From: an uncultured bacterium
GTDB lineage: Bacteria; Krumholzibacteriota; Krumholzibacteriia; Krumholzibacteriales; Krumholzibacteriaceae
Length of the DNA stretch: 64,000 bases
Assembly (NCBI GenBank): GCA_964584495.1
Contig: CAZPAH010000003.1
Span: 7,148 to 71,147 of the forward strand
Reading direction: 5' to 3'
The position numbers and the translations under genes are program-made. Below the pieces are notes generated by a model. That model made no database searches. It was not told the origin of the DNA and saw only the letters and a list, made by a program, of their open reading frames with translations. Of the stretch, positions 8,990 through 17,730 are shown one piece after another. Position 1 is the stretch's first letter. Each line of letters begins with the position of its first letter.

Positions 8990-11900
8990 ATGAGTAAAAA
9001 CAAGGTATCGACCAACAGAAAGACCCGTTTTTCCTGGAGCAGGAGCAAGGTCGATATCATCAAGCTCGATCATTACTTCTTCAACAAGAACAGCGCCCTC
9101 TTCCTGCCGGTGAAGCTTCCCGATTCGGATAAGGCGGACAAGAGCGCCGCCGCGGCCATGGATATTCTCGGCATCAAGTCTCTCGCCGTCGCGTTCACGC
9201 ATTGCGAGGCGGACGGCCGCCTCCGGGTCGTTATCGCCGGTCACGCCGACTCCACAGACGACGGCGGCGTCGCCGACCGGTTCGCGCTCTCCGGGCTGAG
9301 GGCGAAATCGGTATACTACCTTCTCTCGGGGGACAGGAAGAACTGGGCGAAGACGGTTTACGAGAAGCACACGATCGAGGACTACCAGCTCGTTCTCAGG
9401 TATTTTCACCTCAACAAGGGGGTCTACTTCGGCAAGATCAAGGACCAGGTCAAGCCGTTGGACCCCGGCGAGGTGAATAACAGCTGGAATGACGCCACCG
9501 ACAAGGCGACCCGCGAATTGATCGTGGGGTTCAACAACTACGCGAAGGCGAGGAAGGTCGACTCCCTCAAGCTTTCCGTGATGATGAAAACGATCAAGGA
9601 TGATGACGCCAAGCGCTGGCCGGTTGAGCTATGGGAGGCGGTCTTCATCCTCTATGAAAACGCGATCGCCCGCACCCTGAACTTATTGAAGAAGAGCGAG
9701 CTCGAGAGCAAGCGGAAGGATATCCTGAAATTCTGCGACGACAAGAAACCGTTCGTCTCGTGCGGCGAATCTTTTCCCCTGAAGGATCTCGACGATCAGA
9801 AGAAATCGAACTACGATCCGAAGCCGGGCCGGGGCGCCGAGATAATCTTCTTCAACAAGAAATCCCTGCCGGGAAAGAAGATCTCCAAGAAGATGCGGAT
9901 CGTCTGCCCGGCCGACACAGGCAGCGTCCACCCGGCCAAGAAGTGCCCGATATTCTACAAGCACCATATGAAGTCGACGTACATCGATCACCGCAATCTC
10001 GACCTTGTGATCTATCATCTCAAGTTCGTCTACTACGACCGGGTGAAGAACGAGATCGCGCCGGTGCCGGCGGGGCTCGCTATCGAAGCGGGCCGCTGGG
10101 ACGACACCGCCAACGCGAAGGTCGCGATCGACTCGGCCACGGATTTCAACGACGGCGTCTACAGCGTCAAGGTGCCCGACGACGCGACGCGAAAGGATAT
10201 CGCCTTCTGGTTCAAGGCGGTAGATACGGTCGATCCCACGAAGAGGTGGTGGGTCTACACGGACAGCGCCGACGCCGATCCCAAGCTGGTTCTCAAGACG
10301 GATGCCGAGGTCAAGGCACTCGCCGCCGCCGAGAAAATCAAGTACTACGATCTTCCGCGTGAGTGGTCATCCATCAATTACTGGACCCGCTTCGAGAAAT
10401 ACACCGTGGGGGACGAATACAAGAAGATGATGAAAAAAAAGGGATTCAAGCCTTTCGGATCGAAGCAGCAGACCGCCGGGAAGCCCTTGATCTTCTCCCT
10501 GGACGATATCGTCCTGACCGACACCGCCGGACTCCAGAACGTGAGGGACAAGGACGGCACCGGGGCGGCGGTCGCTCTTTCGAAACATTCGAGGGTCACC
10601 CTCCTCTACCCCGACGCGGGCGATGATTTCAATATCAAGATACACAAGCCGATCGCCAAGGAGCCGTATTTCAGCGACGTAAAGGGCGGTTTCGAGGCTA
10701 ACCTTATTCATGACTACTGGGACGACAAGGATGAGAACCTTCACAGGCCGTGCCGGGTTGTAGTCTTCTGCAGCGAGTTCTACGACATATACAACAGGCG
10801 GACCGAATCGTATCCCACCTTCAGGTTCAACAAGGGGAATATTCTCGGCGCCAGGGCGGCCCGCAGGGACGACTCCCACTGCAGCGGGAAGAAATCGATC
10901 AACGGCTGGGATGCCGGCGACAAGGCGAGCGCCTACGCGGCGAAAGACGCGGGGAATTACAGGCTCCACTATCTCCATGACTGGGGCATCCATGACAACA
11001 AGCTGCACAGCGGGCTCATTATATACTGGAGCTGCCGTTATACGGTCGACGCGGGACAGGGCGGCAAAAAGATCGACAAGAAGAACTATATCGAGAAGGG
11101 GATGAAGAACGCGATGGACCGTATCGGCCTGAAGAAGTACCAGCTGGAGAAGCTGACCGGGACCGAGGATATAGTGATAAAGACATTTCCGCTCCTCGAG
11201 GCGAAGCAGGACTACAAGGTGGGATCGAACGAGATAAAGAGGGGCGGGGAGCATATATGCCTGGTAAGCCTGACCGACGACACCCATACGAGCGGGATGG
11301 GATACGATATGGCCAACTTCCGCTCGAGCGCCTACCAGGACGAGCCTGCAAGGGCCAGCGCCAACCCAGCGTTCAACAACACGCAGGATTACGATGGTCA
11401 TACCTACAACTCCCTCACAGGGGCCCACGAGATGGGCCACGCCCTCGGGCTCGACGACGAGTACATCCGCACCGCTTCCTCCGGGGTCGGGCTCGCCCAG
11501 TACGACCAGTACTATCCGGGGGTTCCCTACTCGGGCGACATGCTGACCCTGATGAACAAGAACCGCGGGACGAGGATGCATCATTTCTGGCTCTACGCGA
11601 ACTGGATCAACGACGCATCCGAGAACGGCCAGGTCCTGCACGATTTACTAAAGGGGACGAAGTTCAAGCTGGTCCTGAAGGGCGGGCCCGGCGACCTGTC
11701 GTTCGAGCTGACCCACGACGATTACCGCAATGTCTACAAGCCGGTCTACGAGGACGATGTAGATTACGGGGGCGGGACCCACGGCTACCTCATAGTGTAC
11801 AAGCTGGGGGACGGCGAGTTCGCCAATACACTTAAAGCGAACCAAAAATTCACCGGCATAATGGTCGTAAGGACAAACATCTGTGTCAAGTTCACCAACG

Positions 11901-12313
11901 ATACGTCGAACTGGACGGCTCAGGAAGCCTACGACTGGGTCCAGGCCCTCGACTCCGACCTGAAGCTGATGCTGGGAAACAAGTACTGGCTGAAGCGGGA
12001 CGATCCCGATCATCCTTTCAAGAAGGTTTATCTGTATTTCCTGCCACACTACTCGGTGGCGGACCCGGCCCCGGCCGGCACCCATTACAAGCTCGAGGTG
12101 AAGAGGAACGATAACAACGGGTTCAATCCCGACGGTGCCGATAAGTCGAAGATCGTAGTGGATGACGACGTGGAGAACAAGAAGATCATAAGGCACTTCT
12201 TCGGCAAGTTCGCCGGTCATGCGAATCTGACCAAGCCCGAGCTTGCGAAGATCAAGGATTGGATCGGTCACGCCGCCAGGGCGAACGTGGCATTTACGAT
12301 TGAGGACCTGTGA
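8990..12313 (+). CDS. Large putative T6SS effector with N-terminal OmpA-like domain and C-terminal zincin metallopeptidase motif
   Basis: Near the N-terminus, VVIAGHADSTDDGGVADRFALSGLRAKSVYYLL matches the OmpA_C-like core (GHTDxxG...LSxxRA). In the C-terminal third, TGAHEMGHALGLDDEY gives HExxHxxGxxD, the zincin pattern with Asp as third ligand seen in the snapalysin/metzincin-like group. It lies immediately downstream of the PAAR gene with a 19-bp gap. Confidence 0.6.
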   Translation: MSKNKVSTNRKTRFSWSRSKVDIIKLDHYFFNKNSALFLPVKLPDSDKADKSAAAAMDILGIKSLAVAFTHCEADGRLRVVIAGHADSTDDGGVADRFALSGLRAKSVYYLLSGDRKNWAKTVYEKHTIEDYQLVLRYFHLNKGVYFGKIKDQVKPLDPGEVNNSWNDATDKATRELIVGFNNYAKARKVDSLKLSVMMKTIKDDDAKRWPVELWEAVFILYENAIARTLNLLKKSELESKRKDILKFCDDKKPFVSCGESFPLKDLDDQKKSNYDPKPGRGAEIIFFNKKSLPGKKISKKMRIVCPADTGSVHPAKKCPIFYKHHMKSTYIDHRNLDLVIYHLKFVYYDRVKNEIAPVPAGLAIEAGRWDDTANAKVAIDSATDFNDGVYSVKVPDDATRKDIAFWFKAVDTVDPTKRWWVYTDSADADPKLVLKTDAEVKALAAAEKIKYYDLPREWSSINYWTRFEKYTVGDEYKKMMKKKGFKPFGSKQQTAGKPLIFSLDDIVLTDTAGLQNVRDKDGTGAAVALSKHSRVTLLYPDAGDDFNIKIHKPIAKEPYFSDVKGGFEANLIHDYWDDKDENLHRPCRVVVFCSEFYDIYNRRTESYPTFRFNKGNILGARAARRDDSHCSGKKSINGWDAGDKASAYAAKDAGNYRLHYLHDWGIHDNKLHSGLIIYWSCRYTVDAGQGGKKIDKKNYIEKGMKNAMDRIGLKKYQLEKLTGTEDIVIKTFPLLEAKQDYKVGSNEIKRGGEHICLVSLTDDTHTSGMGYDMANFRSSAYQDEPARASANPAFNNTQDYDGHTYNSLTGAHEMGHALGLDDEYIRTASSGVGLAQYDQYYPGVPYSGDMLTLMNKNRGTRMHHFWLYANWINDASENGQVLHDLLKGTKFKLVLKGGPGDLSFELTHDDYRNVYKPVYEDDVDYGGGTHGYLIVYKLGDGEFANTLKANQKFTGIMVVRTNICVKFTNDTSNWTAQEAYDWVQALDSDLKLMLGNKYWLKRDDPDHPFKKVYLYFLPHYSVADPAPAGTHYKLEVKRNDNNGFNPDGADKSKIVVDDDVENKKIIRHFFGKFAGHANLTKPELAKIKDWIGHAARANVAFTIEDL

Positions 12314-13518
12314 TGAGGGTGTCACCAAACAGGCCGCTGCTGCTGTGCATGATGCTGTTATCTTTGACCGCCGCCTGCCGCTCGCGGGCGGGGAACGAGC
12401 CGGGCGCTGCTCTTATCGCAGGTGAAGGAGAAATAGAAATGAATGAAGGCTACTCGACTGATTTCGCCGATTTCCGGCGGTCCTCTTTCCAGAACACTAC
12501 GGTCGATTGCGGGGGGGAGATCCTCTGGGCCTCGGACTACCGGGCCGGGGGGGCGCCGCCGCGGGCGCTCTACCTTTTCGGCGGAAAGCCGCTGGTTGTC
12601 TCGGGCGTCGGTTTCGACCTTTATTCCGGTGATGGGACCTTTCTCTGGCACCAGGACATGAACGAAGGGTCGCCGATCGGATTGACCGACAGGTTGATAT
12701 ATTTCCATGACGACAGGTTCCGTCTTTCCGCGGTGAACGCGGCCAACGAGCGCGCTATGGAGAACGGCTATTTCCCGGGCCCGATCAATCTCGACTATCC
12801 CCTTTCGCTTCTTTGGGCCGGCAAGCTCGACTACCTCTACGTCGTGCAGTTCACCGGGGGCGCCGAGGAGCTGCCGCCCAAGGTGATGGTGAAAAGGACC
12901 GTGTACGGCAAGCGGCTTGCCAAATGGACCTACGAGGTCGAGGGAAGACAGCTCCTGCCGCCCCTCTACCTGCCCGAGGTCGAGCAGGTCGTCGTTTTCG
13001 CGGATATGATCCATTTCGTCGACGCGGTCGACGGAAACGAGATATCGAAGAGAAAGTACCCGCTGGAGGGGGCCGTAAGCGCGAGCGCCGATCGCACAGG
13101 GACGGTCTATCTCTGCGGCAGATCGAAGGAGATCCTATCGCTGGCCGCTTTCGCCGCAAATGGAGATCCGCTCTGGATATGGGAGGATGAAGAGGGATTC
13201 GGCATGCCGTCGGTGCAGCCTCCCGCCATCGGAGAGGATAGCAGCATCTATATCCTCGCCGGGAACGATATAGTCGCGGTCAGGGACGGAGGAAAATCAT
13301 GGTCGTTCCGCGTCGAGGACGACCGGCCCTCCTGCTGCACCGCCTTCGCCGGCGGCAGGCTTCTGGCCGCCGCGGGCAGCCGGCTTATCGGGATCGACCT
13401 TGAAGGGAAAGAATTGTTCGACATCGAATTTGATGATACGATATTCGCGCCGCCGGTGGGCGCCGGCGACGGGACAGTCTTTCTTCTGACCGCCGGAAAG
13501 CTCTTGAGAGTGCGCTGA
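12310..13518 (+). CDS. Lipoprotein, beta-propeller (PQQ/BamB-like repeats); putative cognate immunity protein
   Basis: Its start overlaps the effector stop (ATGA at 12310-12313), indicating translational coupling. The signal peptide with lipobox LSLTAAC predicts periplasmic lipoprotein localisation. Repeated W/G-rich blade-like segments are present. Confidence 0.5.
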   Translation: MMRVSPNRPLLLCMMLLSLTAACRSRAGNEPGAALIAGEGEIEMNEGYSTDFADFRRSSFQNTTVDCGGEILWASDYRAGGAPPRALYLFGGKPLVVSGVGFDLYSGDGTFLWHQDMNEGSPIGLTDRLIYFHDDRFRLSAVNAANERAMENGYFPGPINLDYPLSLLWAGKLDYLYVVQFTGGAEELPPKVMVKRTVYGKRLAKWTYEVEGRQLLPPLYLPEVEQVVVFADMIHFVDAVDGNEISKRKYPLEGAVSASADRTGTVYLCGRSKEILSLAAFAANGDPLWIWEDEEGFGMPSVQPPAIGEDSSIYILAGNDIVAVRDGGKSWSFRVEDDRPSCCTAFAGGRLLAAAGSRLIGIDLEGKELFDIEFDDTIFAPPVGAGDGTVFLLTAGKLLRVR

Positions 13519-13561
13519 TCGCCGCGTAGGCGGCCCAAGAAAGGGGAGAAGGAAAAATCTC

Positions 13562-14008
13562 ATGAAAAAAGACGAGACGATGTTCGATATCAAGCTGCCC
13601 CAGGGCTGGGAGGATCAGACGGTGTATTTTTTCCGGGGGCCGTCGATAGACGACAGGGAGCACAAGGTCATGATGACGATCGACCGCCTCCCCCAGCAGG
13701 ACGAGATCTCGAGGTTCGCCGCCGTCAGGACGAGACCGATCGTCGAAAACCTCCAGGGAGTTGAAGTTCTCAAGGACGAGGAGACGACCCCGGCCGGGTG
13801 CTATCCCTCCTACGAGTTCGTCTACAGGTGGATCCCGGCCGACGGCATGAAGATCGTCAAGAAGCATATCTATGTTCTTCACGGCAGGTTCGGATACTGC
13901 TTCGAGGCGGAGTTCACGAAGAAATCGTACAAGATGCTGGGAGGGCAGCTTAAAAAGCTGGTGGAGAGCCTTCTGCCCGGGACATACGAGCCGGTGGACG
14001 ACCGTTAG
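13562..14008 (+). CDS. DUF1795 / Eag-like T6SS effector adaptor (chaperone) candidate
   Basis: The protein is 148 aa. Its N-terminal MFDIKLPQGWEDQTVYFFRGP matches the hallmark L-P-x-G-W-x-D-x-S/T-x-x-F of the DUF1795/DcrB-like EagR/EagT family. The size is typical for that family. Confidence 0.45.
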   Translation: MKKDETMFDIKLPQGWEDQTVYFFRGPSIDDREHKVMMTIDRLPQQDEISRFAAVRTRPIVENLQGVEVLKDEETTPAGCYPSYEFVYRWIPADGMKIVKKHIYVLHGRFGYCFEAEFTKKSYKMLGGQLKKLVESLLPGTYEPVDDR

Positions 14009-14030
14009 CAGAGCCGGCGGATGGTGCGAT

Positions 14031-14939
14031 ATGCCAGAATCGAAATTCAACAAGCAGACCGATTCAGAGGAGAAGGTCAAGCTCGACTCGGCGCTGATCT
14101 ACGCCGCGTGGAAGGACGGAGCGGCTTATACCGGCGCCCCGGCGGGGTTCGTCGTAGGAACGGTCTTCGTCGGCAACGGAGCCAAGATAGAGATAGCGGG
14201 AAAGAGCGAAGGGGGAAAATCGCTCGGGAAGATCAAGGATACGATAGACAGCAACCGTTATGCGGGCGAGTTCGAGATACCGGACGATACCGACCCGGGG
14301 GACGAGATCTATTTCACCGTGAAGATTTCGAAGAACGGGATAGACGAGGAGTCGAACCGCATACCGGTCTTCCAGGGGCCGTTGATCACCAACATGCAGT
14401 GGAGCGAGCAGGAGGCGAGGCGGGGGGACGTTCTCAAGCTGACCGCCGACGTGGAGAAGGTGGCCAACGGTACGGAGGTTCTCGTCACGATATACGAGTA
14501 CGACGAGGACGGGGCGCACGACAAGATCGCCGAGATACCGGCCGAGATAAAAGATTTCAAGCTCGAGGTGGAATGGGAGTACGAGTACCACGAGGACACA
14601 GACGAGATACCCACGACGGCGGAGATGGGAAGGTACGGGGGCTCCTACAATCCCCCCGAGTATTTCTTCACCGTGAAGTGCGGCGGGTTCGAGGCGGGGA
14701 AGGAACGGGAATCGGGGCTTTTGACCTTCAAGGACTATATAGATATCGTTCTTCGCGACGCGGCGGGCAATCCGGCCGCCGACGCGAGGTATATCGTTCA
14801 TCTTCCCGACGGATCGCAGAGGGAAGGGCAGCTCGACGCCGGCGGGCGAGCGCGGGAGGAAGGGATCGCGCCGGGGCATATCGAGGTCGAGTTTCCCGAT
14901 CTGCGACAGGTCGACCCGCTCAGCGGGGAGGAGGAGTAG
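14031..14939 (+). CDS. Hypothetical protein sharing a C-terminal ~80-aa module with the PAAR protein
   Basis: I chose the in-frame ATG at 14031 (MPESKFNK) inside ORF 13872..14939, because the upstream part overlaps the adaptor gene. The C-terminus EYFFTVKCGGFEAG...LLTFKDYIDIVLRDAAGNPAADARYIVHLPDGSQREGQLDAGG...HIEVEF aligns position-by-position with the PAAR C-terminus SYYFVVEVAGLKQRSGSLIFKDWLELELADDEGKPIAKAAYKVYLPDGSIRSGNLDDNG...VKVEY. Confidence 0.45.
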   Translation: MPESKFNKQTDSEEKVKLDSALIYAAWKDGAAYTGAPAGFVVGTVFVGNGAKIEIAGKSEGGKSLGKIKDTIDSNRYAGEFEIPDDTDPGDEIYFTVKISKNGIDEESNRIPVFQGPLITNMQWSEQEARRGDVLKLTADVEKVANGTEVLVTIYEYDEDGAHDKIAEIPAEIKDFKLEVEWEYEYHEDTDEIPTTAEMGRYGGSYNPPEYFFTVKCGGFEAGKERESGLLTFKDYIDIVLRDAAGNPAADARYIVHLPDGSQREGQLDAGGRAREEGIAPGHIEVEFPDLRQVDPLSGEEE

Positions 14940-14942
14940 ATC

Positions 14943-16595
14943 TTGCCGGGATTCGAGTACACTATAAGAAGAAGGGACACCCTCACGGCGATCGCCCGCC
15001 GCTACCGGGTGGAGGGCGGATGGCGGGCCATATGGAACGACGAGCATAACGAGGACCTGAGAAACCGCAGGCACAGCCCGAGAAGGCTCTTCGCCGGCGA
15101 CAGGGTCTACATTCCGGGGGCGAGCGGCAACAGGGGAGCGGCGCCCAGCGGGGGGACGGCGGTATTCACCGTTCCGCCCCCGTACCAGATACGCGCCGAA
15201 GACGGATTTTACCCTCCCCCCACCGAGATACCGAGGGGGGGGACGGTCAGGCTGCGCGCCGTTCATGACGATGGAGAGGAAGGCGACTGGGCCTGGGCCA
15301 CCACGAGCACGAAGATCACCCTCTCCGATGAGATGACGGACACCGTCACGGTAACGGCCGGCAACAACGCAAGCGCCGGGGAATCGGCGGAAGTCGTGCA
15401 GGTGATGTTCACCCCGGCCGCAGAAGAATCGTTGCCGCCGGTCGAAGCCGGGATTACCGTGGTAGGAGTCGCTTTCAGGCCTTCGGCGAGCCAGGGCTAC
15501 GGCTTCGACGGGATGGGCGCCAATGCGGGCGACCGGACGCCCCGCAGAAGCACGCCCCACATATCGGTGAAGAAGAATACCAGGACGAGGGTGAGGGTGG
15601 TTGTAACGGGCGGGGTCGATTCCGGGGTCCTTCACTTCACAACCGACGACAATACGACCGCCGAACCCGTGGTCGAGGGAGCGCCTTCGGCCTCCTTCAC
15701 CCTTTTCATAGACGGCAAAGAGAAGAACAAGGCCAATACTCTGATCCACGCACGGCTGGACAGCGATACGGGCCCGATTTGCGCCAGCCTGGCGGTGAAC
15801 GTCTACAGGGAGATGTCATATACGGCCAAGGTGGCCAAGGTGTGGGACAGCACCTCCGCCTCGACGGCCCTCTCTCGTCCGAACTTCAGCGTTAACACGA
15901 CCCAGACGGCCCTCAGGGGATATTACAAGCAGGCGGTGACGACGATCAGCCTTACCGATTACAGCAGCACCGGCGGTGTCGTCGACGTCCATTTCGATCC
16001 GGGGGGGGCGGGCGCGCTCGTTCTTGAAGCGGGGCGCACCTCGGCCGGCCAGCAGGCGGTCCAGGCCGCCCTGACCGGGACCGGCAAGAAGATCGTGATC
16101 GTGAAAAAGCTTTCCTGGCTCTTCAAGCTGGGCTCCGCCGCCGCGATCGGTGATAACAGGATAACGATGGCCTCGTTCATCAACGAGACGCTCATGGGGT
16201 ACATTACGGCCGGAACGTACCAATTCGGCGGGCCGGGCAATTACGAGAATATTACGGTCACCGCGACGAACCGGACCACGAAAGTGGTGACCCTTTCGGG
16301 CACCTTGACCAAGGCGCATCCGGCGACCGAAGGGATATGGTGGCCCCTCGGCGGATTGAGCGGCAATCCCGCATATGTCCAGGAAGGGACCGATACCGAG
16401 GCGAAGGTAAACGAGGTGATCGGCCACGAGTTCGGCCATGAGCTGATGAGGCTGCTCGATCTGGATCACCGGCAGAGCCTTATGTATTTCTCCAACTCGA
16501 GAACGGGCCAGGAGATAAGGTTCAAATCATTGCAGAGGCACTATCCGGACCCGGGGGGTAACGAGAGCCAGTGGGAGCTTATCAGCCGGACCTAG
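14943..16595 (+). CDS. LysM-domain protein with C-terminal HExxH zinc-peptidase-like motif (second putative effector or wall-acting protein)
   Basis: The N-terminus YTIRRRDTLTAIARRYRVEGGW...GDRVYIPG reads as a LysM fold. Near the C-terminus EVIGHEFGHELMRLLDLDH gives HExxH plus downstream D/H. The co-directional, coding-dense context favours this frame over the 561-aa antisense ORF. Confidence 0.55.
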   Translation: MPGFEYTIRRRDTLTAIARRYRVEGGWRAIWNDEHNEDLRNRRHSPRRLFAGDRVYIPGASGNRGAAPSGGTAVFTVPPPYQIRAEDGFYPPPTEIPRGGTVRLRAVHDDGEEGDWAWATTSTKITLSDEMTDTVTVTAGNNASAGESAEVVQVMFTPAAEESLPPVEAGITVVGVAFRPSASQGYGFDGMGANAGDRTPRRSTPHISVKKNTRTRVRVVVTGGVDSGVLHFTTDDNTTAEPVVEGAPSASFTLFIDGKEKNKANTLIHARLDSDTGPICASLAVNVYREMSYTAKVAKVWDSTSASTALSRPNFSVNTTQTALRGYYKQAVTTISLTDYSSTGGVVDVHFDPGGAGALVLEAGRTSAGQQAVQAALTGTGKKIVIVKKLSWLFKLGSAAAIGDNRITMASFINETLMGYITAGTYQFGGPGNYENITVTATNRTTKVVTLSGTLTKAHPATEGIWWPLGGLSGNPAYVQEGTDTEAKVNEVIGHEFGHELMRLLDLDHRQSLMYFSNSRTGQEIRFKSLQRHYPDPGGNESQWELISRT

Positions 16596-17617
16596 GCGCG
16601 CGTGGGCGTAAGGGCCGCGCGGGCACTAAAATAAATATCGCGGTTATAATATTGCTGACGGCCGTTTTTTCGGCGGTCGCCGCCGGCAGCTGCGGATGCC
16701 GGTCGGGGAAGGAGACTGACGAGTTGACGAAAATACAGGAACTGATCGAGAGTTTCAGATCGGGCGTCGAGTTCGACGGAGATGTCGAGCCCTATGTCAC
16801 GGGCGGCAAGCCGGATATGGAGGCGGTAGGCCGGTTCCGGACGGCGCTCGAAAGGGAGGATGAGCCGGTCCGGGAGCAGGTATGCCGTCTGCTCGGAGCG
16901 CTAGGCAAGAGGGTCGATCCCCTCTACGAGAAAGGGGGCGGAATGATCCGCGACAGGACGATTGTCGGCATCCTAGTGAACGACGGCCTGTCGAGGAAGG
17001 GCCCGGCGAGGGATATCTGCCTCGATCTTCTCCAGTATGCCGTGCCGGGGCATGTGCTGAAGGATTTCGGCAGGCAGATGGCCGACAATCTCAAGATGTA
17101 CCCAGACGCGACGCTGCTCCTGGTGATAGCCAAGGCGAAGGCCCCAGAGGCGAAGGATGCTGTCGATTCGCTTATGAAGATCCCAGGCTGGGCCGGGGAG
17201 ACGGAGACGAGGATCGCCGCGGCGGCCCTCGGGGACCGGGAGATAGAGCGATCGTTCATAGAACGTTTTCGCGCCGCTCAGGAACCGGCGGAAAAGGCCG
17301 AACTTGCGAAGCTGCTTGGCCTTATCGGGACGGAATCGGCCCTCAGGGAAGTGGCCGCCGCGATGCGGTCCGACATGATCATAGAGATGTCCGGGGTCTC
17401 CTCGCGATCGATCAGGATATATTTCATCGAGGCCCTCTCGTACAATTTTCCAGAGGAAACCTTTCTGTACGATAACGCGGTCAACAGCGACGAGGATTAC
17501 GCGAAGGTGGAAAAATTCTGCGAGGAGAGGTTCGGCGTGAAATGGAAAAAAGAGCGCCCCCCGTTCCTATGGATACAGGGGTATCCGACCGAGCCGCAAC
17601 CCGATATTACCCCTTGA
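16571..17617 (+). CDS. HEAT/ARM-like repeat lipoprotein (possible immunity or accessory protein)
   Basis: A basic n-region is followed by the hydrophobic INIAVIILLTAVFSAVAAGSCGC with a lipobox Cys. The remainder is predicted alpha-helical with repeats. It overlaps the upstream stop by 25 nt. Confidence 0.45.
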   Translation: MGAYQPDLGARGRKGRAGTKINIAVIILLTAVFSAVAAGSCGCRSGKETDELTKIQELIESFRSGVEFDGDVEPYVTGGKPDMEAVGRFRTALEREDEPVREQVCRLLGALGKRVDPLYEKGGGMIRDRTIVGILVNDGLSRKGPARDICLDLLQYAVPGHVLKDFGRQMADNLKMYPDATLLLVIAKAKAPEAKDAVDSLMKIPGWAGETETRIAAAALGDREIERSFIERFRAAQEPAEKAELAKLLGLIGTESALREVAAAMRSDMIIEMSGVSSRSIRIYFIEALSYNFPEETFLYDNAVNSDEDYAKVEKFCEERFGVKWKKERPPFLWIQGYPTEPQPDITP

Positions 17618-17730
17618 CTTATTGGGGAGGGGTAACTAAAGTCACCAATCATAGGGATATAATGAATAGTGCCGTAACCGATTGCAAAAGCGGCTAATCT
17701 TGGAGCCCAAAAAAGGAGAAATCCTCGGAC

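Noticed and set aside
8059-9063. 334-aa minus-strand ORF antisense to the PAAR/effector genes
   Set aside because: It shows no recognisable domain and is Leu/Arg/Gly-rich, as expected for the reverse frame of GC-rich coding DNA. The + strand frames carry the PAAR and OmpA-like motifs.
10367-11641. 424-aa minus-strand ORF inside the effector gene
   Set aside because: It is antisense to a frame with clear HExxHxxGxxD and coherent codon usage, so it is a GC-driven artefact.
13872-15049. Alternative + strand frames 13872..14939 (upstream-extended) and 14021..15049 (Arg/Gly-rich)
   Set aside because: The 13872 extension overlaps the DUF1795-like gene and its N-terminal 53 aa are Arg/Ser-rich junk. 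The 14021 frame is pure low-complexity RG repeats. The ATG at 14031 in the 13872 frame gives a sensible protein.
14064-15749. 561-aa minus-strand ORF spanning the 14031 and 14943 genes
   Set aside because: It is a long open frame typical of high-GC antisense strands. The + strand frames contain the LysM and HExxH motifs and the module shared with the PAAR protein, and they fit the co-directional operon.
17660-17700. Possible sigma-54 -12-like TTGCA upstream of clpV
   Set aside because: No GG dinucleotide sits at the -24 position (the sequence is TGCCGT, not TGGCAC). A TATAAT at about 17668 is a more plausible -10 but is unsupported.
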